Shown piece after piece: positions 1 to 14,400 of a stretch of 64,000 bases of DNA. Each line of letters opens with the position of its first letter. The stretch's first letter is position 1. The stretch comes from the human T2T-CHM13v2.0 reference genome, Homo sapiens: NCBI RefSeq assembly GCF_009914755.1, contig NC_060936.1. The stretch is one strand, 5' to 3'. The position numbers and the translations under genes were made by a program. The notes under the pieces are model-generated. The model made no database searches. It was not told where the DNA came from and saw only the letters and a program-made list of their open reading frames with translations.

Positions 1-3000
1 CTAGTTTTCATGTGAAGATATTTCCTTTTCCACCATAGGCCTCAAAGTGCTCGAAATGAACAATTGCAGATTATACAGAAAGAGTGTTTCAAATCTGCTC
101 TATCAAAAGAAAGGTTCAACTCTGTGAGTTGAATGCACACATCACAAAGAAGTTTCTGAGAATACTTCTGCCTAGTTTTTTTCTGAAGATAGCCCGTTTC
201 CAACGAATTCCTGAAAAAGTTTCATATATCCACAGGCAGATTCTACAAAAGAAGTGTTTCAAAACTGCTCTATCAAAAGAAAGGTTCCACTCTGTGAATT
301 GAACACAGACATCACAAAGGAGTTTCTGAGAATGCTTCTGTCTAGTTTTTATGTGAAGATATTTCCTTTTCCACCGTAGGCATCAAAGCTCTCCAAATGA
401 ACACTTGCAGATTTTACCAAAAGAGTGTTTCAAAGCTGCTCTGTCAAAAGAAAGGTCTAACTCTGTTAGCTGAATGCACACGTCACAAAGAAGTTCCTGA
501 GAATGCTTCTGTCTGGTTTTTATGTGAAGATATATCCTTTTCCAACATAGGCCTCAAATAGCTCCAAATATAAACTTGCAGATAACCCCAAAAGACTGTT
601 TCAATACTGCTCTCTGAAAAGGAAGGTTCAACTCTGTGAGTTGAACGCACACGTCTCATAGCAGCATCTGAGAATGCTTCTGTCTAGTTTATATGTGAAG
701 ATGTCCCATTTACAACAAATTCCTCAAAGAGATCAAAATATCCACAAGGAGAGTCTACAAAAGGTGTGTTTCAAAGCTGCTCTATCAAAAGAAAGGTTCA
801 TCTCTGTGAGTTGAATGCATACATCACAAAAAAGTTTCTGAGAATGCTTCTCTCTAGTTTTTACGTGAATATATTACCTTTTCCACCATAGGCTTCAAAG
901 CGTTGCAAATGAACACTTGCAGATTCTAAAAAAAGGACTGTTTCAAAAGTGCTCCATCAAAGGAAGGGTTCAAATCTGTGAGTTGAATGCACACATCACA
1001 GAGCAGTTTCTGGGAATGCTTCTGTCTAGTTTCTATGTGAAGATATTACCTTTTCCACAATAGGCCTCAAATCGCTCAAAATATCCACTTGCAGGTAACA
1101 CCAAAACACAGTTTCAAAACTGCTCTCTGAAAAAGAAGATTGAATTCTGTGAGTTGAACGCACAGATCACATAGCAGCATCTGAGAATGCTTCTGTCTAG
1201 TTTGTATGTGAAGATAACCCATTTACGATGAATTCTTTGAAGAGTTCTAATACCCACAACAGATTCTACAAAAGGTGTGTTACAAAACTGCTCTATCAAA
1301 AGAAAGCTTCAACTTTGTGAGTTGAATGCACACATCACAAAAAAGTTTCTGAGAATGCTTCTGTCTAGTTTTTATATGAAGATATTACCTTTTCCACCAT
1401 AGGCTTCAAAGCGCTCCAAATGAACACTTGTAGATTCTACAAAAGGATGTTTCCAAACTGCTCCATCAAAGGAAGGATTCAACTCTGTGAGTTGAATGCA
1501 CACAAGAGAAAACAGTTTCTGAGAATACTTCTGTCTAGTTTTTATGTGAAGATATTTCCTTTTCCTCCATAGGCCTATAATCGCTCAATATATACCCTTG
1601 CAGATACTACAAAAACACTGTTCCAAAACTGCTCTCTGAAAATGTAGGTTCAACTCTGTGAGTTGAATACACACATCACAAAGCAGTTTCTGATAATGCT
1701 CCTAATTTGTATGTGAAGATATCCTGTTTACAAAGAATTCCTCAAAGAGCTCAAATATACACAAGCAGATTCTCCAAAGAGTGTTTCAAAACGGCTCTAT
1801 CAAAAGAGAGGTTCAAATCTGTGAGTTGAATGCACACATCACAAAAAAGTTTCTGAGAATGCTTCTGTCTAGTTTTTATGTGAAGATATTTCCTTTTCCA
1901 ACTTAGCCCTCAAATCACTCCAAATATCCACTGGCATATACTACAAAAACACTGTTTCAAAATTGCTCTCTCAAAAGGAAGGTTCATCTCTCTGAGTTGA
2001 CTGCACATATCACACAGCAGTTTCTGAGAAAGCTTCTAGTTTGTATGTGAAGGGATCCCGTATACAACGAATTCCTCAAAGGGCTCCAAATATCCTCAAG
2101 CAGATTCTACAAAAGGAGTGTTTCGAAACTGCTATATAAAAAGAAATGTTCAACTCTGTGAGTTGAATGCACAGATCACAAAGAACTTTCTGAGAAGGCT
2201 TCTGCTACTTTTTATATGAAGATACCGGTTTCCAAAGAATTCCCCAAGTGTTCCAAATATCCACAAGCAGATTCTACAAAAGGAGTGTTTCAATACTGCT
2301 CTATCAAAAGACAGGTTCAACTCTGTTAGTTGCAAGCACACATCTAAAAGTAGATCCTGGGAATGTTTCTGTCGAGTTTTTATGTGAAGATATTGCATTT
2401 TCCAACATAGGACTCAAAGCTCTCCAAATGAACACTTGCAGATACTACAAAAGACTGTTTCAAAACTGCTCTAAGAAAAGAAGGGTTACACTCTGTGAGG
2501 TGTATGCGTACATCAGAAAGCAGTTTGTGAGAAATCTTCTGTCTACTTTGTATGTGTACATATCCCGTTTACAACGAATTCCTCAAAGAGCTCCAAATAT
2601 CTAGAAGGAGATTCAACAAAAGCAGTGTTTCAAAACTGCTCTATTGAAAGAAAGTTTCAAATCTGTGAGTTGAATGCACACATCACAAAAAAGTTTCTGA
2701 GAATGCTTCTGTCTAGTTTTTATGTGAAGATATTTCCTTTTCCACCATAGGCCTCAAAGCCCTCCAAATGAACACTTGCAGATTATAGAAAGAATGTTTC
2801 AAATCTGCTCTATCAAAAGAAAGGTTCAACTCTGTGAGTTGAATGCACACATCACAAATAATTTTCTGAGAATACTTCTGCATAGTTTTTTTCTGAAGAT
2901 AGCCCGTTTCCAATGAATTCCTCAAAAAGTTTCATATATCCAAAGCAGATTCTACAAAAGAAGTGTCTCAAAACTGCTGTATCAAAAGAAAGGTTCCACT

Positions 3001-6000
3001 CTGTGAGTTGAACACACACATCACAAAGGAGTTTCTAAGAATGCTTCTGTCCAGTTTTCTTGTGAAGATATTTGCTTTTCCACCATAGGACTCAAAGCTC
3101 TCCAATGAACACTGTCAGATTTTACCAAAAGAGTTTTTCAAAACTGATCTGTCAAAAGAAAGGTTCAAATCTGTTACCTGAATGCACACATCACAAAGAA
3201 GTTCCTGAGAATGCTTCTGTCAAGTTTTTATGGAAGATATATCCTTTTCCAACAGAGGCCTCAAATCGCTCCAAATATCCACCTGCAGATTCTACAAAAA
3301 GACTGTTTCAAAACTGCTCTGTCAAAAGAAAGGCTCATCTCTGTGAGTTGAATGCACACATCACTAAGTAGTTTCTGACAATGCTTCTGTCGAGCTTTTA
3401 TGTGAAGATATTTCCTTTTCCACCATAGGCCTCAAATCCCTCCAAATATCCACTTGCAGATACTTCAAAAACACTGTTTTGTGACTGCTCTATCAAAAGG
3501 AAGGTTGAAATCTGTGAGTTGAATGGACACAGCACAAAGCAGTTTCTGAGAATGCTTCTAGTTGGTAAGAGAAGATATCCCGTTTAAAACGAATTCCTCA
3601 AAGAGCTCCAAATATCCACAAGCAGATTCTACAAAAGGAGTGTTTCAAAAGTGCTCTATCAAAAGAGAGGTTCAACTCTGTGAGTTCAATGCACACATCA
3701 CAAAAAAGTTTCTGAGAATGCTTCTGTCTAGTTTTTATGTGAAGATATTTCCTTTTCCACCATAGTCTTCAAAGCGCTGCAAATGAACACTTGCAGATTC
3801 TACAAAAATACTGTATCAAAACTTCTACTTCAAAAGATGGTTCAACTACGTGAGTTGAATAGACACATCACAAAGCAGTTTATGAGAATGCTTCTGTCTA
3901 TTTTTTATGTGAAGATATTTCCTTTTCCACCATTGACCTCAAATCGCTCAAAATATGTACATGCAGATACTACAAAAACACTGTTCAAAAACTAGTCTAT
4001 CAAAAGAGAGGTTCAACTCTGTGAGTTGAATGCACACATCACAAAAAATTTTCTGAGAATGCTTCTGTCTAGTTTTTATGTGAAGATATTTCCTTTTGCA
4101 CAATAGGCCACAAAGCGTTCAAAATGAACACTTGCAGATTATACAGAAAGAAAGTTTCAAATCTCCTCTATCAGAAAATGGTTCAAGTCTGTGAGTTGAA
4201 TGCACACATCACAAAGAATTCTCTGAGAATGCTTCTGTCTAGTTTTTATGTGAAGATGCCCGTTTCCAACGAATTCCCGACAGTTCTAAATATCCACGAG
4301 CAGATTCCACAAATAGCGTGTTTCAAATAGTGCTCTATCAAAAGACAGTTTCAACTCTCTTAGTTGAATGCACACATCTCAAAGAAGATCCTGGGAATGC
4401 TTCTGTCTAGTTTTCAAGTGAAGATATTTCCTTTTCCACCATAGGCTTCAAAGAGCTCCAAATGAACATGCAGATACAACAAAAAGACTTTTTCAAAACT
4501 GCTCTAACAAAAGAAGGGTTCCACTCTGTGACGTGAATCCACACATCACAGAGCAGTTTCTGAGAATGCTTCTGTCTAGTTTGTATGTGTAGATATCCCG
4601 TTTACAATGAATTCCTCAAATAGATCAAAATATCCACAAGCATATTGTACAAAAGGTGTGTTTCAAAACTTCTCTATCAAAAGAAAGGTTCAACTCTGTG
4701 AGTTAAATGCAGACATCACAAAAAAGTTTCTGAGAATCCTTCTGTCTAGTTTTTTTGTGAAGATTTTACCTTTTCCACAATAGGCTTAAAAGCACTCCAA
4801 ATGAACACCTGCAGATTCTAGAAAAAGACTGTTTCAAAACTGCTCCATCAAAGGAAGGGCTCAACTCTGTGAGTTGAATGCACACATTACAAAGCAGTTT
4901 CTGAGAACGCTTCTGTCTAGTTTTTACGTGAAGGTATTTCCTTTTCCACCATAGGTATCAAATCGCACCAAATATACACTTGCAGATACTACAAAAACAC
5001 TGTTTCAAAACTGATCTCTCAAAAGCAAGGTTCAACTCTGTGAGTTGAATGCACACATCACAAAGCAGTTTCTGAGAATGTTTCTAGTTTGTATGTGAAG
5101 ATATCACGTTTACAACGAATTCCTCAAAGAGCTCCAAATATCCACAAGCAGATTCTACAAAAGGAGTGTTTCAAAACTGCTCTATCAAAAGAGAGGTTCA
5201 ACTCTGTGAGTTCAATGCACACATCACAAAAAAGTTTCTGACAATGCTTCTGTCTAGTTTTTATGTGAAGATATTTCCTTTTCCACCATAGGCCTCGAGG
5301 CGCTCAAAATGAACACTTGCAGTTAACACCAAAAGACTCTTTCAAAGCTGCTGTCTGAAAAGGAAGATTCACCTCTGTGAGTTAAACGCACACATCACAC
5401 AGCAGCTTCTGAGAATGCTTCTGTGTAGTTTGTATGTGAAGATATCCCATTTACAACGAATTCTTCATGGAGCTCCAAATATCCACAAGCAGATTCTACA
5501 ATAGTAGAGTTTCAAAACTGCTCTATCGAAAGAGAGGTTCAATTCTGTGAGCTGAATGCACACATTACAAAAAAGTTTCAGAGAATTCTTCTGTCTAGTT
5601 TTTATGCGAAGATATTTCCTTTTCCCCCTAGGCCTCAAAGCGCTCAAAATGAACACTTGCAGATTATACAGAAAGAAAGTTTCAAATCTGCTCTATTAAA
5701 AGAAAGGTTCAACTCTGTGAGCTGAATGCACACATCACCAAGCAGTTTCTGAGAATGCTTCTGTCTAGTTTTTATATGAAGACACCCGTTTCCAACGATA
5801 TCCCTAAGAGTTCAAAATATCCACAAGCAGATCCCTCAAAAGGAGTGTTTCAACAATGCTCTATCAAAAGACATGTTCAACTCCGTTAGTTGAACACACA
5901 CATCTCAAAGAAGATCCTGGGAATGCTTCTGTCTAGTTTTTATGTGAAGATGTTTCCTTTTCCACCATAGGATTCAAAGTGCTCCAAATGGACACTTGCA

Positions 6001-8486
6001 GACACTACAAAAAGACTGTTTCAACACTGCTCTAACAAAAGAAGGGTTCCACTCTGTGAGTTGAATGCACAGATCACAAAGCAGTTTCTGAGAATGCTTC
6101 TGTCTAGTTTGTATGTGTAGATATCCCGTTTACAACAAATTCCTCAAAGAGCTCCAAATATCCACAAGGAGATTCTACAAAAGCAGTGCTTCAAAATTGC
6201 TCTATCAAAAGAAAGGTTCAACTCTGTGAATTGAATGCACACATCACAAAATATTTCTGAGAATGTTTCTGTCTAGTTTTCATGTGAAGATATTTCCTTT
6301 TCCACCATAGGCCTCAAAGCGCTCCAAATGAACACCTGCAGATTATACAGAAATAATGTTTCAAATCTGCTCTATCAAAAGTTCTACACTGTGAGTGGAA
6401 TGCACACATCACAAAGAACTTTCTGAGAATACTTCTGTCTAGTTTTTTTCTGAAGATAGCCCGTTTACAACGAATTCCTCAAAAAGTTTCATATATCAAC
6501 AAGCAGATTTCACAAAAGAAGTGTTTGAAAACTGCTCTATCAACAGAAAGGTTCCACTCTATGATTTGAACACACACATCCCAAAAGAGTTTCTGAGAAT
6601 GCTTCTGTATATTTTTATGTGAAGATATTTCCTTTTAGACCATAGGCCTCAAAGCTCTCCAAATGAACACTTGCAGATTTTACCAAAAGAGTGTTTCAAA
6701 ACAGCTCTGTCAAAAGAAACGTTCAACTCTGTGAGCTGAATGCACACATCACAAAGAAATTCCTAAGAATGTTTCTGTCTAGTTTTTATGTGAAGATATA
6801 TCCTTTTCCAACAGAGGCCTCAAATCGCTCAAAATATGCAACGTCTGATTCTACAAAAAGACTGTTTCAAAACTGCTCTATAAAAAGAAAGGTTCAAATA
6901 TGTGAGTTGAATGCACAAATCACAAAGCAGTTTCTGAGAATGCTTCTGTCTAGTTTTTATATGAAGATATTTCCTTTTCCACCATAGGCTTCAAATCGCT
7001 CTAAATACCCACTGGCAGGTAACACCAAAAGACTGTTTCAAAACTGCTCTCTGAAAAGGAAGGTTGAACTCTGTGAGTTGAACGCACACATCACATAGCA
7101 GCTTCTGAGAATGCTTCTGTCTAGTTTGTATGTGAAGATATCCCATTTACAATGAATTTCTCAAAGAGCTCCAAATATCCACAAGCAGATTTTACAAAAG
7201 ATGTGTTTCAAAACTTCTCCATCAAAAGAAAAGTTCAACTCTGTGAGTTGAATGCACACATCACAAAAAAGTTTCTGACAATGCTTCTGTCTAGTTTTTA
7301 TGTGAAGGTATTTCCTTGTTCACCACAGTCTTCAACGCGCTCCAAATGAACACTTGCAAATTTTACAAAAAAACTTTTTCAAAAGTGCTCCAACAAAGGA
7401 AGGGTTCAAGTATGTGAGGTGAATGCACACATCACAAAGCAGTTCTCAGAATGCTTCTGTATAGTTTTTATGTGAAGATATTTCCTTTTCCACCATAGGC
7501 CTCAAATCGTTCCAAATATCCACTTGCAGATACTGCAAAAAACTGTTTCAAAACTTCTCTCTCAAAAGGAAGGTTCAACTCTATGAGTTGAATGCACACA
7601 TCACAAAGAATTTTCTGAGAATACTTCTGCCAATTTTTTTTCTGAAGACAGCCCGTTTCCAATGAATTCCTCAAAAATTTTCATATATCCACAAGCAAAT
7701 TCTACAAAAGCAGTGTTTCATATCTGCTCTATCAAAAGAAAGGTTCCACTCTGTGAATTGAACACTCACATCACACAGGAGTTTCTGAGAATGCTTCTGT
7801 CTAGTTTTTATGTGAAGATATTTCCTTTTCCAACATAGGCCTCAAATCGCTCCAAATATCCACTTACAGTTAACACCAAAAGACAGTTTCAAAGCTGGTC
7901 TCTGAAAAGGAAGGTTCACCTCTGTGAGTTGAACGCACGCATCACACAGCATCTTCTGAGAATGCTTCTCTCTAGTTTGTATGTGAAGATATCCCGTTTA
8001 CAAAGAATTCCTCAAAGAGCTCCAAATATCCACAAGCAGATTCTACAAAAGTATTATTTCAAAACTGCTCTATCAAAAGAGAGATTCAATTCTGTGAGAT
8101 GAATGCACACATCACAAAAAGTTTCTGAGAATGCTTCTGTCTAGTTTTTATGTGAAGATATTTCCTTTTCCACCACAGGCTTCAAAGCTCTCCAAATCAA
8201 CACTTGCAGATTTTACCAAAAGAGTGTTTCAAAACTGCTCTGTCAAAAGAAAGGATCAAATGTGTTAGCTGAATGCACACATCACAAAGAACATTCTGAG
8301 AATGTTTCTGTCTAGTTTTTATATGAAGATACTACCTTTTCCACCGTAGGCCTCAAACCGCTCCAAATATCCACTTGCAGATACTACAAAAACACTGTTT
8401 CAAAACTGCTCCCTCAAAAGGAAGGTTCAACTCTGTGAGTTGAATGATCACATCACAAAGCAGTTTCTGAGAATGCATCTAGTTTG
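1..8486 (-). repeat. Alpha satellite, divergent monomeric/SF5-like, reverse orientation
   Basis: ~171-bp tandem monomers read as the reverse complement of the alphoid consensus (ctagtttttatgtgaagatatttccttttccaccatagg...gttgaatgcacacatcacaaag...tttctgagaatg). A-box and B-box monomers are mixed. Confidence 0.98.
192..208 (-). other. CENP-B box (intact essential positions)
   Basis: gcccgtttccaacgaat is the reverse complement of ATTCGTTGGAAACGGGC and matches NTTCGNNNNANNCGGGN. Further minus-strand matches lie at 2056-2072, 2563-2579, 3578-3594, 4258-4274 and 6459-6475. Confidence 0.85.
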
Positions 8487-11400
8487 AAAAGTCTGCAAAT
8501 GTTCATTTGAAGAGCTTTGAGGCCTATGGTGGAAAAGGAAATATCTTCACATAAAAACTAGACAGAAGCATTCTCAAAAACTCCTTTGTGATTTGTGTGT
8601 TCAATTAACAGAGTTGAACCTTTCTTTTGATAGAGCAGTTTTGAAATACTCCTTTTGTAGCATTGGATTTTTGATATTTGGAACTCTTTGTGGAATTCGT
8701 TGGAAAAGGGCTATCTTCAGAAAAAAAACTACACAGAAGTATTCTCAGAAAGTTCTTTGAGATGTGTGCATTCAACTCACAGAGTTGAACGTTTCTTTTG
8801 ATAGAGCAGATTCGAAACTTTCTTTCTATATAATCTGCAAGTGTTCATTTTGAGCGCTTTGAGGCCTGTGGTGGAAAAGGAAATATCTTCACATAAAAAC
8901 TAGACAGAAGCATTCTCAGAAAATTTTTTGGGTTGTGTGCATTCAATTCACAGTGTTGAACTTTTCTTTCTATAGAGCAGTTTTGAAACACGGCTTTTGT
9001 AGAGTCTGCTTGCTGGTATTTGGAGCTCTTGAAGGAATTCGTTGTAAACGGGATATCTTCACATGCAAAGTAGACAGAAGTATTCTCAGAAACTTCTTTG
9101 TTATGTGTGCATTCAAGTCACAGTTTTGAACCTTGCTTTAAGAGAGCAGTTTTGAAACAGTGTTTTTATAGTGTCTGCAAGTGGATATTTGGAGCGATTT
9201 GAGGCCTATTATGGAAAAGGAAATATCTTCACATAAAAACTAGACAGAAGCATTCTCAGAAACTGCTTTGTGATGTGTGCATTCACCTCAGAGAGTGGAA
9301 AACTTCTTTTGATAGAGCAGTTTTGAAACAGTCTTTTTGTAGTATCTGCAAGTGTTCTTTTGGAGCGCTTTGAAGCCTATGGCCGAAAAGGAAATATCTT
9401 CACATAAAAACTAGACAGAAGAATTCTCAGAAAGTTATTTGTGATGTGTGCATTTAACACACAGAGTTGAACCTTTCTTTTGATAGAGGAGTTTTGAAAC
9501 ACTCTTTTTGTAGAATCTGCTTGTGGATATTTGGATCTCTTTGAGGAATTCATGGTAAACAGGATATCTACACATAGAAAATAGAAGCATTCTCAGAAAC
9601 CGCTTTGTGATGTGTGCATTCAAATCACAGAGTTGAGCCTTCCTTTTGAGAGAGCAGTTTTGAAACATTGTTGTTGTAGTATCTGCAAATGGATATTTGG
9701 AGCGATTTGAGGCCTGTTTTGAAAAAGGAAATATCTTCACATAAAAACTAGACAGAAACATTCTCAGGACCTTCGTTGAGATGTGTGCATTCAACTAACA
9801 GAGTTAAACCTTTCTTTTTGTAGAGCACTTTTGAAACACTCCTTTTACAGGATCTGCAATAGTTGACTTTTAGCGCTTTGAGGCATAAGGTGTAAAAAGA
9901 AATATAATCACATAAAAACTAAACAGAAGCATTCTCAGAAACTTCTTTGTGATGTGTGCATTCAACTCACAGAGTTGAAAGTTCCTTTTCTGAGTCCAGC
10001 TTTGTAATAGTATTTTGGAAATTCTGCCAGAGGATATTTGGAGCGATTTGAGGTCTACGTTGGAAAAGGAAATATCTTCACATAAAAACTAGACAGAAAC
10101 ATTCTCAGGACCTTCATTGAGATGTGTGCATTCAACTAACAGAGTCAAACCTTTCTTTTTGTAGAGCACTTTTGAAACACTCCTTTTACAGGATCTTCAA
10201 TAGTTGACTTTTAGCGCTTTGAGGCATAAGGTGTAAAAAGAAATATAATCACATAAAAACTAAACAGAAGCATTCTCAGAAACTTCTTTGTGATGTATGC
10301 ATTCAACTCACAGAGTTGAAAGTTCCTTTTCTGAGTCCAGCTTTGTAATAGTATTTTGGAAATTCTGCCAGAGGATATTTGGAGCGATTTGAGGCCTACG
10401 TTGGAAAAGGAAATATCTTCACATAAAAACTAGACAGAAGCATTCTCAGGAACTTCTGTGTGATGTGTGGATTCAGCTAACAGAGTTGAAACTTTCTTTT
10501 GATAGTGCAGTTTTGAAACACACTTTTTGTAGAATCTTCAAGTGTTCATTTGGAGCGCTTGGAGGCCTATGGTGGAAAAGAAATTATCTTCACATATAAA
10601 CCATAACGAAGCTTTCTCAGAAACTCCTTCATGATGTGTGCATTCAACTCAAGGTGTTGAACCTTTCTTTTGATAGAGCAGTTTTGAAACACTCCTTTTG
10701 GAGAATCTGCTTCTGCATAATTGGAGCTCTTTGAGGAATTCTTTGTAAACGGGATATCGTTACACACAAAACAGAAGTATTCTCAGAAACTGCTTTGTGA
10801 TATGTGCATTCAACTCACAGAGTTGAATCTTCCTTTTGAGAGAGCAGTATTGAAAGAGTGTTTTTGTGGTATCTGCAAGTGGATATTTGGAGCAATTTGA
10901 GGCCTATGGTTGAAAGTGTAATATCTTCACATAAAAACTAAACAGAAGCATTCTCAGAAACTGCTTTGTGATGAGCGCATTAAACTGACAGTGTTGAACC
11001 TTTCCTTTGATTGAGCAGTTTTAAAACAGTCTTTTTGTAGAATCTGCTCATGAATATTTCGAACTGTTTGAGGAATTCGTTGGAAATGGGATATCTTCAC
11101 AAAAAAACTAGACAGAAGCATTCTCAGAAACAGCTTTGTGATGTGTGTGTTCAATTCACAGAGTTGAACCTTTCTTTTGATAGAGCAGTTTTGAAACACT
11201 CCTTTTCTAGAATCTGCTTGTGGATATATTGAACTATTTGAGAAATTCATTGGAAACATGCTATCTTCGGAAAAAAACTAGACAGAAATATTCTCAAGAA
11301 GTTCTCTGTGATGTGTGCATTCAACTCACAGAGTTGAACCTTTCTTTTGATGGAGCAGATTTGAAACATTCTTTCTCAATAATCTGCAAGTGTTCATTTT

Positions 11401-14400
11401 GAGCGCTTAGAGGCCTATGGTGGAAAAGGAAATATCTTCTCATAAAAACTAGACAGAAGCATTCTCAGAAACTTTTTTGTGATGCGTGCATTCAACTCAC
11501 AGAGTTGAACCTTTCTTTTGATAGAGCAAGTTAGAAACACTCCTTTTGTAGAATCTGCTTGTGGATATTTGGAGATCTTTGAGGAATTAGTTGTAAATGG
11601 GATACCTTCACATACAAAATAGAAGCATTCTTAGAAACTGTTTTGTGATGTGTGCATTCAACTCACAGTGTTGAGCCTTCCTTTTGAGAGAGCAGTTTTG
11701 AAACAATATTTTTCTAGTATCTGCAAGTGGATATTTTGAGCGATTTGAGGCCTATGGTGGAAAAGGAAATATCTTCATATTAAAACTAGACAGAAGCATT
11801 CTGAGAAACTGCTTTGTGATGTGTGCATTCAACTCACAGAGTTGAACCCTTCCTTTGATACAGCAGTTTTGAAACAGTCTTTTTGTAGAAACTGAAGTGT
11901 TCATTTGGAGCACTTTGAAGCCAATGGTGGAAAAGGTAATATCTTCACATAAAAACTAGACAGAAGCATTCCCAGAAACTTTTTTGTGATGTGTGCATTG
12001 AACTCACAGAATTGAACCTTTCTTTTGATAGAGCATTTTGGAAACACTCGTTTTGTAGAATCTGCTTGGGGATATTTGGAGCTCTTTGAGGAATTCGTTG
12101 TAAACAGGATATCTTCACATACGAAGTGTACAGAATAATTCTCGGAAACTGCTTTGTGATGTGCGCATTCATCTAACAGAGTTGAACCTTCCTTTTGTGA
12201 GAGCAGTTTTGAAACAATCTTTTTGTGATACCTGCAAGTTGATATTTTGAGTGATTTGAGCACTTTGATGGAAAAGGAAATATCTTCACATAAAAACTAG
12301 AGAGAAGCATTCTCAGAAACTGCTTTGTGATGTGTGCATTCAACTCACAGAGTGAAGCCTTTCTTTTGATATAGCAGTTTTGAAACAGTCTTTTTGTAGA
12401 ATCTGCAGGAGGATATTTGGAGCGACTTGAAGCCTGTGTTGGAAAAGGGTATATCTTCCCAAAAAAAGTAGACAGAAGCATTCTCAGGAAATTCTTTGTG
12501 ATGTTTGCACTCATCTGATATAGTTGAACATTTCTTTTGACAGAGCAGTTTTGAAACACTCTTTTTTTAAAATCTCCAATTGTTCATTTGGAGAGCTTTG
12601 AGGCCTAAGGAGGAAAAGGAAATATCTTCATATAAAAACTAGACAGAAACATTCTCAGAAACTCCTTTGTGATGTGTTTGTTCAATTCACAGAGTTGAAA
12701 CTTTCTTTTGATGGAGCAGTTTTGAAACACTGCTTTTGTAGAATCTGCTTTTGGATATTTGGAACTCTTTGAGGAATTCGTTGGAAACGGGCCACCTTCA
12801 CAAAAAAAACTAGACAGAAGTATTCTCAGAAAGTTCCTTGTGATGTGTGCATTCAACTCACAGAGTTGAGCCTTTCTTTTGATACAGCATGTTTTAAACT
12901 TTCTTTCTGTATAATCTGCAAGTGTTCATTTGGAGCACTTTGGGGCCTATGGTGGAGAAGGAAATATCTTCACATAAAAACTAGTCAGAAGCATTCTCAG
13001 AAACTCCTTTGTGTTGTGTGTGTTCAATTCACAAAGATGAACCTTTCTTTTGATAGAGCAGCTTTGAACCAATCCTTCTGTAGAATCTGCTTTTGGATAT
13101 TTGGAACTTTTAAACTATTCTTTGGAAATGGGCTATCTTCACAAAAAAAACAGAGGGAAATATTCTCGGAAAGTTCTGTGTGATGTGTGCATTCAACTCA
13201 CAGAGTAGAACGTTTCTTATGATAGACCAGATTTGAAACATACTTTTTGTATAATCTGCAAGTGTTTATTTTGAACGTTTTGAGGCCTATGGTGGAAAAG
13301 GAAATATTTTCACTTAAAAACTAGACAGAAACATTCTCAAAAACTTTTGTGTGATGTGTGCATTCAACTGACAGAACTGAATCTTTCTTTTGATGGAGTC
13401 GTTTTGAAACACTGCTTTTGTAGAATCTGCTTTTCGATATTTGGAGCTCTTTGAGGAATTCGTTGTAAATGGGATATCTTCACGTAGAAACTAGGCAGAA
13501 ACATTCTCAGAAACTGCTTGGTGATGTGTGCATTCACCTCACAGTGTTGAACCTTCGTTTTGACAGGGCAGTTTTGAAACAGTCTTTTTGTAGTATCTGT
13601 AAGTGGATATTTTGAGCGATTTGACTCCTATGGTGGAAAAGGAAATATCTTCACATAAAAACTAGAGACAAGCATTCTCAGGAACTAATTTGTGATGTGT
13701 GCATTCAACTCACAGATTTGAACCTTCCTTTTGAGAGAGCAGTTTTTGTGCTACCTGCAAACACTGTGGAAACAGTGTTTTTGTGGTACCTGCAAGTAGA
13801 TATTTGGAGCGATTTGAGGCCTATGGTGGAAAAGGAAATATCTTCACATAAAAACTAGACAGAAGCATTCTCAGAGACTGCTTTGTGTTGTGTGCTTTCA
13901 ACTCACAGAATTGAGACTTTCTTCTGATAGAGCAGTTTTGAAACAGTCTTTCTGTAGAATCTGCAGGTGGATATTTGGAGCGATTTCAGGCCTGTGTTGG
14001 AAAGGGATATATCTTCATATAAAAACTAGACAGAAACATTCTCAGTAATTTCTTTGTGATGTGTGCATTCAGCTAAGATAGTTGAACCTTTCTTTTGACA
14101 AAGCAGTTTTGAAACACTCTTTTTTGTAATATCTCAAGTGTTCATTTGGAGATCTTTGAGGCCTATGTTAGAAAACGAAATATCTTCACATAAAAACTAG
14201 ACAGAAGCATTCTCAGAAACTTATTTGAGATGTGTGCATTTAACTAACAGAGTTGAATCTGTCTTTTGATAGAGCAGTATTGAAAAACTCCTTTTTTAGA
14301 ATGTGCTTGTGGATATTTAGAACTCTTTGAGGAATTCTTTGGAAAAGAAAATATCTTCACAAAAAAACTAGACAGAAGCATTCTCAGAAATTTCTTTGTT

